A stretch of DNA of 62,532 nt, filler included, from Sphacelaria rigidula (Eukaryota): the NCBI GenBank assembly GCA_964200075.2. It is 11 parts of 11 records of this genome, joined end to end, with 100 filler letters (N's around TTAATTAATTAA, not from the genome) between each part and the next. Parts side by side here need not be neighbours in the genome. Positions count along the whole stretch, not along the records: positions 1 to 5,594 come from CAXNAA020026009.1; positions 5,695 to 11,288 come from CAXNAA020026010.1; positions 11,389 to 16,982 come from CAXNAA020026011.1; 8 more parts are not named here. One strand, written 5' to 3'. Position numbers and translations under genes: made by a program. The notes below the pieces were generated by a model, which did not search any database, was not told the DNA's origin, and saw only the letters and a program-made list of their open reading frames with translations. Positions 1 to 11,877 of the stretch are shown one piece after another (position 1 is the first letter of the stretch; each line of letters begins with the position of its first letter).

Positions 1-1262
1 CGTTCCTCCTTGTATAGTTCACATTCTGCAACTATATGACTTCTGTTCTCTATCGCTTTGCCACAGAGGCAGTTCTGTCCATCTACTTCCTCCTCCTGTC
101 GACTACTGGTATATCTCTTCCGTCTCTCTGGCGAGTCCAGGTCCCCCACCCGAAATCGCAGTTTTTTTCCGCCGCGTCCATTGGGCCATGCAGATATGTT
201 TCCGCTCCGATCCCCTCTCTCAACCACCCGTATATCTCCAGGCGCTCTTCCTCGTCTACCTTGCGTCTGAGCGCTCCTTTTTCTCTTATTTATATCATGT
301 CTCTCACTTTCGCCTTGTACCCCGCATCTTCACCTATGGACGATATTTCGTCTTGGTTTTCTCCCATCTCCTTCCATACTTTCTCGACTTCTTTATCCCA
401 CCTTATAGCATGCTCTTTTGTACGTTTCGTCCATACAGCCCTATCAACTATAGCTGGCAGCCTCTTTCTCTGCATGTCCTTTACGTAATATTACCATCTC
501 AATTTCCTCGTGTCTCTGTTTGTTTAGAGTGAGTACATTCCAACTCTACTCTCAGTGCTGTATTACCGTAATTGTGCGCGTCGTCGCACACCCCCTGCAC
601 CGAATTTCCAAGGTCGATCACTCCCACAACAAGAAGAGCATCAGTTCTGAAACGGGTGAAGCTGGAAAGATCTCGTCAATAGCTGTCCGAAAACGCGTCG
701 TTTGGTGTTGGCACCCGCTTCGTCATGGAGTAATCGAGCTTTGAAATTCGGTCCAGGGGGTGTGCGATGACTCGCACAATTACGGTACTCGTCGTTTTCG
801 AGCATCCAAGTATTTTGTTAGCCGCTGTCATGTGTACTGTTTCTAACCTCTCTACCAACTTCGCGTTCCCCTCCCATGCTTCTCCTACGTATTCCAGCTT
901 TGGTACGATCACATCCATCAGGATACATCTCTTAACCCCCTAGTGTCTAGGAGCGAATCTCTGAGGATCACGTCCATCCTTCTTATCTGTTCCTTACTCT
1001 TTTTGATTACTTTGTTCATGTGTGCATCCCAAGAACAGTGTTTTGATGCCTCTACACCAAAGTATGTATACTGGTCTACGATCGGCAGTTCCCCTTCGCC
1101 CCACTTCCATTTGAACTCTACCGGATTTTTCTCATTTTCGTTACAGACGAGTACCGCGCACTTGTTAACGTTCGCTGTCACGCTCCATTTCCTAGTGTAT
1201 TCTAGCGCCTTATCTATCTGTGTCTGTAGTCCTTCTGCTGTTCCTGAAATACCCACAAAACG
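1..1262 (-). mobile_element. Degenerate non-LTR retrotransposon (LINE), C-terminal part of the reverse transcriptase ORF, frameshifted and interrupted by a MITE
   Basis: Minus ORFs 918-1277 (FVGISGTAEGLQTQID...ANVNKCAVLV...VDQYTYFGV..SW..H), 676-918 (IVPKLEYVGEAW...LETVH..AA.KILGC) and 290-475 match late RT domains and the thumb region of LINE ORF2. Confidence 0.85.
566..785. mobile_element. 220-bp Tc1/mariner-pogo-type MITE inserted in the LINE
   Basis: About 60-bp imperfect TIRs (CCGTAATTGTGCG... / ...CGCACAATTACGG) with TA duplicated at 564-565 and 786-787. Removing it restores the LINE frame GCSKTTS-NTALRVEL. Confidence 0.9.
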
Positions 1263-1291
1263 GGAGGGGGGCGACATACGCTATTTACGTA

Positions 1292-1848
1292 CTTCCACTA
1301 TCCCATAAGTAAAGTCCGTTACGATCACACGGACCCTTTACCGTGTCCAATGCCGTAGGCTATTTCTTCTGTTTGCGCAGCAACCAGCGTGCCCGAACGG
1401 CCGATAAACGATCACTCGCCCCAATAAATGGCCATATTTCGCCCCTTTACCAGAACACAGAGAAAAACCCCGGAAACCCGAAGAACGGCAAAAATCGCGT
1501 CAAAAGCATAACTGGCTCTTTTTTCTGCGGTTCATTGCTGGCATACGATAGCTACGCCTTGTGCGAAACCACTCGTTTACATTGCAGCCTTCAATTACTT
1601 TGAAACAAGCCAAATTCGTCGAAAGTTGGACGGAAAGGTACCGATTGGACGGGATTTGGTCGAAATTTGGCCATGTTTGACCCAACAATTTCTAAGGTTG
1701 TAGGTCGATTGTTTGATTTTTTATTTTTCCAGTGACCATATCCACAACTATATATTTTCAACGAATCTAACCGTAACATCGTGAGCACCTCCGTTGGCGA
1801 GGTACGGCCTATCCCCCATGACGGACTTTACTTATGGGACAGAGGAAG
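1292..1848. mobile_element. Stowaway-like (mariner-derived) MITE
   Basis: 28-bp TIR CTTCCACTATCCCATAAGTAAAGTCCGT versus ACGGACTTTACTTATGGGACAGAGGAAG (2 mismatches), TA on both flanks. The terminus resembles the Stowaway CTCCCTCCGTCCC consensus. Confidence 0.8.
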
Positions 1849-4800
1849 TATACCGCTCCAAAATCCATGCCTCAGACTAAAAGGTACCTGTTTCCTACCC
1901 TCCGTGAATACGGGGTATACCATGGGCACATATTCATCCCCTGTACTGCAACTTATATGAATCGATTGTACATGCCGCGCACTTCTTACCATCACGAGTC
2001 GTGAACGTCATGTACAACTTGCTTGACCGAGTAGTTCGAGGTGAGCGCCCGTACATGTTTCCCACCTTCGGATTAATGCGGGACCAACAATTTAGACAGG
2101 TGTAATCCTCTCAAATCTTATGGTTTGTATCTTTGTGGGGTCGTATTTTCCACTTTTGGGACCTTGACACGGCTTTGGCCCTCAAACAAGGAATGTCGCC
2201 ATCCCACGCCTTGAACACTTTGCATCGTCCCACCGAGAGGCTTCTAGCCCACTTTTCAAAATCGCTTATCTCTGAGGTTTCGAGAATGGCCTCTGGACAA
2301 AAATACGGCTGCATGAATATTGTGAATTCTGCATATTTTTTTGTAGTCATACGGAGATAAAGGCTGGTTCACACTCATCACCCCGAATTCCCTCCTCCGC
2401 AAATGTTCACGCCGATTCTTGGAGATTGACTAAAAAATTGTATACATATACTCTGGAACTTCAAATGACCGGGTTGTTCGGACTCTTGCTTCTTTCGTAT
2501 GATATCCGAAGTCCCAGGGTCCTGGGGAGCCATACGCCCTTCTTGGACCCCAGGAAACTGTCGGGAAAACAGTCGAATTACCTTATCCATCTGCAAAAAA
2601 TCATGTCTCATGGTACATATGTACACAGTTTCAGAGTCCAATTCCAAAAATCGACGTCAACATTCGCGCTTTTGTGCGATGAAGTTAGCTTGGAACGTGC
2701 AAACTCCTCACTACTTGTTTTATAGTGAAAATGCCTTGTTCGTGTATGTTCAACGTAAGTGCGAGAAAAGCTGCACCAGATTCTCGAATTCCGCCATCAA
2801 ACTTCGTACATATGTTGGACTACCCCGCGCATTCTTTTATTCTTCTCCATTTTGACGCATTCTGTGCTGGCTTCCGGAGGTCCCAGAAAGATCCCTGGAA
2901 GACGGTAAAGAGCGAAGAAGTGCTGAAACATTTTTTAACAAAAAAATAAAATCCATTTGGAGCACCAATACCATCCGAACAGCCAAATTGTAGTGCGGCC
3001 GGAGCTTCTATACGACAGATATACGGGAAACTTTGAGGAAGTATTCTTGGTTCTAGGCCTTTGGTGCCTGTCATCAGTGGAAATCTGACGACGTCAAAAC
3101 CCCACATACCGAAATAACGCGACTTGGGGTACTCGTATAACTCAATCCCACAGTAACCGTTTTCATATTTTCCCCGTTCGATTCCAGAGCTGATGGCGGC
3201 TCCTACAACTTGAAGCATCAGGTGATCGGGTGGAGATTGCTCTGCCCTCGTCCAAGAAACTCCTAAACTCATTCCAGCCCATCCACATCCCAACATTTTG
3301 AGAGCATAGTACCCTGTAGTTTCCACATAAAATCACTTTTTTTTTCGTAATTTTTGTAATTGGGTGAGGAATCCGTTTTTGTCATTTTCACAACAGTTTG
3401 AAGGGCGCTGTTTAGTCGAGGTACATTTTCGCCCTTAGCGCCACCGCTGTTGCCTTGAGCAAAACTCCGGCCATGGCACCCTCTTCGTTTGCTCATCGCG
3501 GTCGATACGATGCCATGTATGTGACTATTGGGTGAGTATTGCGGAAGGCATAAGCTGATGACACAAATTTGAGTGATACCTTGTTGGCGTGAACAGGCCT
3601 GGAAAATATCGCACAAAATAGGGGGGGATAGATAGGACAGGGGTACATTGATAACAGGCTAACTGGCCAGTGCGCCTTGCGCCCACTCTTCTACCCAACA
3701 CTGGTCGGCTATCAGCGGTGTCCTCTGATCGACCATCGCAGTCTTGTCGATCAAACTGATCTGCGGGATTGGGCGCTACGAAACGTTGTAGGAAACTAAA
3801 AAGCCGAACGACTAGTCACATTCTCTGTAAATTTCTCCACCCTTCGCATGATCACGTGCATGATGGCGAACTCTCTGTCTTGGTACAGCAAACCGTTGGA
3901 ACTATAGGACAAATTCTGGAAAGAGAAGGTTCCTTATGCTAGAAGCGACGAAAAACTTTTGGGATCGTACAAAAGCTGACATGTTGTTCGTGATAACTCG
4001 CAGTATCGACACTCCTGGGAGGGGGGGTGGAGGGGAGGGGGGTGTTCAAAAGCGTGACACTAAACAGGCGTGGTACAGTCTGTAGTAGTACGAAGTGCTG
4101 ATATAACCATTGGTTGCAGTTCTCCATGGGCAGTTGGTACGTAGTTAGAATATCTCACCTTCTTCAGCTGATGGACTCACGGTTGTTGTGGAAAGCTTCG
4201 ATGTCTCAATCTTGCCATTCGTGTTAGCCCGGACAAAGCTTCACAACAGTCCAGTTCGGCACTTACTTGCTCGAGAACATTCATTGAAATAAAATAAATC
4301 GAATTACCCAAGGTCGTCATTCATTGTACTTGTTCGACAAAAGATCACCAGTTGCAGTAGAAGATTTACTGACTACTGATTGATGTGACCAAGCCGAGAC
4401 GGCACAGATAGATTCAACTAGCTACTAGCCTTCACTCGAGAGCAAGAGTACTCGAATTGACTGCCAGGATACTCCAGTATCTGCGGTAGATTATATTCAC
4501 TTCGCGTCAATATTTTCATCTACGGCAAGGGTCTGCGCCGTCAGAATCTGGAGGATTTGCAGGCATGCCTCTTAGCTGCACAAAGGAAACTGCTTTGTCT
4601 CTGAGGTCACCGTGTGTGTTCAAATATTGCCATCCGGGGGGGGGGGGGGGGGAATTGTGAGATACGGCATAAAAGCGCATCGCTTCATAGGTTGTATCCA
4701 AAATGAGAGGATGGTGATTGCGCCGCGTTCGGGCGGTCTCTATTCTTAGAGGTATCTTCCCCCGCCGTTACACATGCAACCATCCAACCATCAACGTTGC

Positions 4801-5594
4801 CCGCCAGTGGGGAAAACGTTACGAAAATGTGCATGCCGTTGTCGCTGGGGTGGCGAATGAAGCGTACTTACGGGATCGCCGCGCAACTTATAGCGCGCAC
4901 ACGCACATATTTACTGCCGACTCGTTTGTATCGTCAGCGAGACCGTAACCTCTCGGAATTCAAGGGGTGATGGCGCCGATGTGCGCTTCGAAGGACAGGT
5001 GGTGATATCGACCGTCCGGGTCGGTGCAGGCAGAACTTCAGAAGGAAGCATATGTCGAGGAGAGAGTGATGAAGAGCATAATTTGGCGTTTTTCTTCGAA
5101 TGTTCAGCACGTCGATTATACAATGATTCCTGGCAGTTGGCTTGCTGTGCAGGAGGACACCATCGAAACCACCCAACGACAGACAGAGTCGATGCGTATC
5201 CCGTGGTCTTCCTGCACAATATTAAAAAGGGCCGCGTTCAAGACCATGGTTGCTCCTGGATTGTGTTTTGCGTCGATACACTCGTTCGATTGATATCAAT
5301 ATTTAGCTTCACGCGCAACCGGCGATTCGTCCAAGGGCGTCGCCGGACTACAGCACCCACGATACTCCGCGCACCCACGGGCGCACCGCACCACTCACCA
5401 AACGTCTTCACTATGTGCACGAGGCACGGTTGATGACTACCTCCTGGAGAAGACTATGATTACAGATATATAAGAGCTAAGTCAGGGGGCAGCGCGGAGA
5501 AAAGTTTCGGACACGTAGCCCCCCCCCCCCCCCCCCCCGGGTTTTTTTTTTTTTTTTTTGGTTTATATTTTCTTCATTTTTTTTTTTTTTTTTT

Positions 5595-5694
5595 NNNNNN
5601 NNNNNNNNNNNNNNNNNNNNNNNNNNNNNNNNNNNNNNTTAATTAATTAANNNNNNNNNNNNNNNNNNNNNNNNNNNNNNNNNNNNNNNNNNNN
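5595..5694. other. Artificial scaffold linker; identical linkers at 11289-11388, 16983-17082, 22677-22776, 28371-28470, 34065-34164, 39759-39858, 45453-45552, 51147-51246, 56840-56939
   Basis: N44-TTAATTAATTAA-N44 (stop codons in all six frames), with intervening pieces of 5594 or 5593 bp. Confidence 0.99.
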
Positions 5695-5910
5695 TTGCAC
5701 ACTGAGACGAACTGATATTCGTGTGGTCAAAGGTGCGGTGGAGTCACCAAAACCGCCCCATACTCGAGGTTTGGTGGTGATTTCGCAAGCTGCTGAAGCA
5801 GCGCCAATCTGTTTCATATGTCCCCACATTGGTTCACTAATAAATGTTTGTGGGCTGCCGCTGTCCAACAAAGAGACGATTTGGCCGTCGTGGTTGCGTA
5901 TGGTCCGCAA
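5695..5910 (-). pseudogene. Retroviral-type aspartic protease fragment
   Basis: IVSLLDSGSPQTFISE...WGGFG lies downstream of the gag zinc knuckle. Confidence 0.8.
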
Positions 5911-8900
5911 TGGAGCGCTACACGAGTAGTTATAGTGGCAGGGTCAACAGGCACTTTACCGCCGACAAGATCCGGACCGTGTTCAGCCAGTGTAAATTGA
6001 TCGGAATCAGAAGTATTGACGGCGAAAACGGAGGGCGGGTGATCCGCCGGGGGGTCAACGTTCTCACCAGAAAGTTTAATGGATGATGTGTAGTCCCCAG
6101 GGTGAGCACAGCTCGGCTGGTCATTAGCAATTTCATATATGACCGTGTTGGGAAGGCAGGGATCAACGTCTAAAGTAGACCCGTCTTGTTCAGTGTAGTG
6201 CGCAGAAGAGGTAGAAATATCCGAAATGTCTGATTTGGATTGTTCCAGGACACTTGATAAATTCATCGAGCTCAAAGTCGTCGCATTTTGGAGAGAGTGA
6301 GGTAGAGGTTTTTCGCTCGAGGGAGGTGTGCATGTTGCTGCGCGCGCTTCAGTGGGGGCATGTTCACGGGGCTTCCTCTCTCGCTGTGACAAGGGACGGG
6401 GAACTTCCAAAGTGTTTGGGGAAAACCCAACTGCGTCCAGTTGAGTGGATGGGGTCAGCATCGGGGCATGCTCGGGCGAAGCTTGTGGACTGTCCGCTGG
6501 CAAGCTTGGCTGAGGAGTCATAGCCGAAGGTATAGTAGGATGGTTTGCGTGGGAACCATTCAGGGGTAGCTTCGCATGGTGCAATGAACGCGAAGAATGA
6601 ACTCGTTCGACCTGGGTGGGTGTTAACTGGTCCGAAGCGGTCAAATTCTGACCAGCGACACTTGGACCAGTCGAGTGAATTACACCACTGCCTGTGCGTG
6701 CGGTCGCTGAGGGAAGCCTGTGCCTCAGAGACGGGCGGTTGGTGTTCCTACACCTCAGACTTACGCTCAGTTCTGGAGGACCAAGTTCAGAGCCGAGGGT
6801 AGGGCTAAGTTGTGAGTCAACGCAACTGTTACGCTGTGTGCGAAGAGGTGAAGACAGGGGTCGATATGAGCGGCCGTCATTAGAACTCCTGCATAATGTC
6901 GGGGAGGTTGACGGAGAAAATTTTGTCGCTCGTTCCGCGGTTGATATTGAAACAGTCTTCGTGTGTGCTGTCGGCGGCGCCGAAGACGTAAACACGCCGG
7001 CGTCGGCATGTCACGGATCAGTACGACCAGTCTCAAAGGAGCCAGGGTTTCTGGCGTTGGGGCTCGAGTGATTGTGATTCGGCCCCGTGCTTTGGTGTCT
7101 ATCGGCGGAATTCCGGTGACGGTGAGATGAACTCTTTCTTCGCTGGGAGCCAGAGCTGTCGTAGTTGTTGGAGCGACTGTCGCGATTCAAGCGAGTGTTG
7201 TCGCGGTTGTTGAAAGGGTGGCGAGAATGACGGTTGGGTGTGCGGTATTCACGTATGCGTTTCTGCCATCGGCTCCATGCTGGCTCATCGTCCTGCAGCT
7301 CAGAGTTCATGAGGTCGAAGAAGTTGATACAAGGGCGAGTACAATCGCGCATACTGTGCCCCTGGGTGCTACAACTGATGCAACTATTCGCGTGGCGGCT
7401 GAAGGCCTCGTCTCTGGCAGCAGACGAGAGGAGGGGGTTCCAAAGATATGGGTCATCTGTAGTAAACGCAGACGTAGACACAGTGTAGACATCATCCCAA
7501 GTCTCGGCGGAGTACGGCCATCCGTCAAAGCTAGCGCTGAACGGATCTCTCTTGTTTGCAACGCTCATGACGGAGCCAGCCACGGAGGCGGGCACCCATG
7601 AGGAACGAAGCGAAGTGTGAGACCGGTGGCGGGACCCTGAAGGGGTCGAAGAAGGCGCAGAAGCAGGCTGGGAACGAGCTGAAGCATACTTGTCGCCGCG
7701 AATGGCCGGCGTCAAATTATTTTCTTAATGAACAAACGCACTCCACATCGCATCCACAGAGGGATAAGGTACTTCGCGGTGGGCTAAAGCACCTGGAAAC
7801 AGCGACGGCATCAGTGTTGGGAACTTCTCGGAAACACTATTCCTCACATATGATTGACACATGGCGTCTGATGGGCCAGTCTGGCGACCTACTCCCATAG
7901 TACTGGAAACGAGAAGCTTGAATTCTCGGAGGTAGTCTGCGAAGGGGACATCAGTTGCGACACCAAAAGAACTAAGTCGTTGGATAGCACTCCCTTGAGT
8001 GCTGCGATCGAAGTAGCCGGTCAAGCGGCGCTCCAGATCACGGAGTAAATCCGGGCCTGATTTCCCCGAGGCGCGGTCCGCATCCATAGCGACCATGAAA
8101 CCATCAAGGACTTGTGTCAAAGCAGCGGCAGTGTCGGGCGAGCGGCGGTGGATGGCGCGGTGCAGAGCTTGTGGAGCGGAGTCTGCCAACCATCAACCCA
8201 GTTGGAATTTTCGAAACGTTGAGCACCCGTAGAGTCCGCTAGCTGAAGGATGTTTCGAAGAGTGCGGCGTATAGAGATGATGAGAGCAGAAGTGAACTGT
8301 CCCGAGTCTTCGTTGTCTGCTGCAGGCATGGATTTCATATGTCAAAGGTTTTTCACATCCATTTGGATGTATTCTCTCTGAATAGCGGCGGTGCGGGCGG
8401 ATTCCGGTCGAGCGGCGGCTGCTGCTGCACTAGCAGCGGCTTGCTCTAGCGCGGCGGCAGCGGCAGCCAGAGTGCGAGCCGAAGTGGAAGATACCGGTTT
8501 ATCCGAGTTGTCGTCCGAAAGGCCTAAAATCTGGCGCGAAACATCTGCTAAACGCGGTGTAGCGCGACTTAGTGTGGCAGAAGTCGACGCAGGCGAGTGA
8601 GTGGCAGACCGAATCTTGAGCTTGGCGGAAGAAGAGCTCGACGAGCCGTTATTCTGATGTGTCTGGTTCAAACCGGTGGTGGGACGAGTTACACGGTGAG
8701 GTTGATTTTTCTCCAGAGGAGGAGCTTGGACCTCCGCGGTGGTTGTGAGAATCACCGCGGCGATTGCGCTCATGGTCGGCAACATCATGTCTGTGGCGTC
8801 GGCGGCGAGGGGTCACCGAGATCTAGTCGTCATCAACTTGGGCTGTGGCGGATTTGGAGGCGGCGCGCAATTCGTTGAAGAGCTCGACAATGGACAGTTC

Positions 8901-11005
8901 ACAAGGGGTGGTGGTTTTTTCGATGTGGCGGACTAGTTGACCAATGGTAATCGAAAAGAGACCATCGGAAGGGCAGACCCCGTCGTGTTTCAAGTAGGAA
9001 GCGCCCGCGTTTTGGAGTGGTCGAACAAGCGCTAGCCAAGCGTCGCGAGAGCTTTGCAAAGGATTCGAGGGGGTGTACTTGCCCGCAAGAGTCTGCACAG
9101 AAAGCGTGAACCAAGGGATGTCATCGCAGTGGAGGAAGAAGCGGCGCGGTTCAGCACTGGTGTCGAGGCGGGCGGTCGATGTAGGGGTGGATGGGGATGG
9201 CGTGCGGTGGGAGCGAGGAACGGCTACGGCGTGAGAGGCGCGTGAGCGCTCCTCCTATAGTTTGCGGAGAGGGGCGTGATACTCCTCGGTGGAAAGTGTA
9301 GACGCCGCTGCATCTGTGTTGCGTTACCGATTAACGAGATCAGTCATGGCCGGTGCGTAGTCAGCATAGTCGCGGATGAGTTGTTCTTGGGCAGTGCGAT
9401 CATGGTCCATGAAAATACGCGGGAGCAGCCCGAAGCGGCAGTACTCTGGACCCAACTGTGGGCGGTCTTGCCGCGATGAAGGCACAGGGTTGGACGGCGC
9501 GACAGAAGATGCAGGGGGGGTTGAAGCGGGTGCGGGTGCGCAAGGAGCCCGGAAACCAGTATGGGTACCACTATCGGCGTCAGTATCGGCGGCGGTGGCA
9601 GTCGCAGCGGTGTTGGCAGCGGGAGCCGGGGCCGGGACAGCAGAAACTGTGTGTTTGGGGGACGCGGTGGGGGGCGGAGATGCGGGGTACTGTGCGCTGT
9701 AAATCGGGAAGTTGTCGCCGCAAGGAACGGATGACTGCAGCGTCAGAGCGGGAAGACCCATTGCGTGTGAGAGCACGGCGACTGCGATGGCGTGAGTCGT
9801 AGGGCGGTTGGTCGCTGGAATGCGCGATCGATGATTCTTCTGCAGAAGGAAGAACTGAAAAAATGTCCCTAACGGCGTCGGCGTGCACAGTAACATCATT
9901 ACGTGGGGAGCGCCGACGTGAAGAAACCCTTGAGGCAGTAGAAAATACGGGAGGAACGAGAGGTGTGTCTCGAATTATCGTCACGCGCGGTAATCCATCG
10001 AGCGGGGGTGGTTATGTTGTGTCGGGGGGAAGGCGGGTGTGGCGGTGTGCGTGAAAGCCGAGGTCCGGTGGGGGTCGGCGTGGTTTGGCGGGGCCGGGCA
10101 CTGCTGGCTGCTTGCATGTCGGTGAAAGCAGAAGGAGAGCGGAGCAAGGTATTGCATAGAACTTGCAGTGCTGTGGCTATACTAACGTCTGGCACAGGGG
10201 CTGGTTCCAGATTGATGCCAGAAGCAGGCGCTGGGGCCGAAGACGGGTGTCCTGAGTTGGGCAAAGCAGAAGTCAAAACATTTGTCAATAAATCATGATC
10301 AGCCGGGGCACGAAAAGTAGCCGCGGGCGTTGAGAAAGTGTGTGCCGGCAGGGCAGCGCGGGCAGTAGTGCCAGCAGTTGGGGGTTCGGACGTGGGTGTC
10401 AACTGCACGCCGGAACGATCCTGGACTGAAGCTTGTACGACGAGATCCGGGCCGGCAGTAGAGGCAAGGGGTGGAGTTGGGGCCACGGGTAACACCAGCG
10501 TGGTTGGGGGGTGGGTTGGGGCCACGGGTAACACCGGTGTGGTTGCGGGGTGGGACACAGGGTGTGTCCAGGTGGGTTCAGTGTCGACGGCTGCGTCCGA
10601 TGGGGTGTGTGCTGCGACGGGTGCCACCGGCGTCGTGAAGGGTTGGGGCACAGAGCGTGTCTGCGAGGGGTGGTCACAGATGGGATGAGGGAGGGATGGA
10701 AGGGTACGAGAATCCCAGCTATGATCGGAATCGGAGCGGGGAGGGGGCGATGGGAACTGCACGGGTTGTTCCGCAAAACCGATGGATCGAGCAGCACTCG
10801 AGGGTTGTTTCCCTAAGGCTGGAGAAGAACCAGCCTCGGGTCTGGAAAAAGTAGAGGATCCCTTAGTTTGGCTCCGCGTACGGCGGGGCGGCATAGCTCC
10901 CGTGTTGGGAGAAGAAGCAGTAGTGATACGTTGCGACATGTGTGAACGAATACAGCGTCTACGAGCGATACGTTCAGAGGACCCAGAGCAAGAAGCGAAA
11001 GCCAA
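5695..11005 (-). mobile_element. Degenerate LTR retrotransposon (probably Ty3/gypsy), gag to protease region, truncated at the scaffold end
   Basis: Capsid-like segment 7725-8189 (LRDLERRLTGYFDR...FADYLREFKLLVSS), CX2CX4HX4C knuckle CISCSTQGHSMRDC in 7011-7715, and retropepsin motif LLDSGS in 5695-5910. There are several in-frame stops and frameshifts and long Pro/Ser/Thr-rich upstream frames. Confidence 0.8.
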
Positions 11006-11049
11006 TACATGATTTTATTTTATTTTGTTTATTTATTTTTATATTGCTT

Positions 11050-11066
11050 ATTACTATTATTATTAC

Positions 11067-11144
<78 letters not shown>

Positions 11145-11213
11145 CATCATTATTATTATTATTATCATCATCATTATTGTTATTATTATTGTTATCATCA
11201 TTATTATTATTAC

Positions 11214-11255
<42 letters not shown>

Positions 11256-11288
11256 CATTGTTATCATTATTATTATTATTATTATTAT
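11050..11288. repeat. (TAT)n microsatellite with CAT/TGT variants
   Basis: Seen directly; it produces the spurious poly-I/L/Y ORFs. Confidence 0.99.
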
Positions 11289-11388
11289 NNNNNNNNNNNN
11301 NNNNNNNNNNNNNNNNNNNNNNNNNNNNNNNNTTAATTAATTAANNNNNNNNNNNNNNNNNNNNNNNNNNNNNNNNNNNNNNNNNNNN

Positions 11389-11877
11389 CGTACTACGTGG
11401 TGTTTACATGGTGAGACACCCACGAGGCAGTGTATAAACCGTGGCTGTCCCAGGAAGTGGCGATACCAGAAAATAAAGCAGCTCATTGAAGGCTGTCATC
11501 CGAATGCAAGATCATCAGTACGCTACCGGCCGAACAATCTTAGCAGGATGCAGCTCACCCTTCATGCGACGTGCCGAACACACCATCGCGCTTGGTGATT
11601 GAGTGCGAGCCTGGTCCGGCGAAAACCCGGCGTGCTCCGTCCCGGTTTTGTAGGGATGCGAGGTCAATCATCATATGGCTACGGCATGCAAGATCATGAG
11701 TACACCCCCCTCCATATGTAGAAGGTTTCTGTGTAATGTATGGAAAAAACGCGATGAGCACCGAAATATTGGAGGTGTCTCTGTTTGTAGGAGGAAGGAT
11801 GCTCCGTCTCGATAGGGATGCGTGGTCAATGGTCAAACGACTAAGGCAAGCAAAAAATGAGTACCTCCCCCCCCCCT
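11389..11877. mobile_element. Fragments of an abundant non-autonomous TIR element with poly-G-TACTCA termini; other pieces at about 12268-12582, 16930-16982, 17083-17412, 28296-28370, 38676-38742, 62453-62532
   Basis: One end, GGGGGGGTGTACTCATGATCATGCATGCCATAGTCATCAGACCATTGACCTCGCATCCCT, is an imperfect inverted repeat of the other, AGGGATGCGTGGTCAATGGTCGAATGACTAAGGCAAGCAGCAAATGAGTACGCCCCCC. Copies recur on five scaffolds. Confidence 0.75.

Noticed and set aside
10942..11344. Poly-Ile, poly-Leu and poly-Tyr ORFs (also 18791-19198)
   Set aside because: They are translations of (TAT)n microsatellites.
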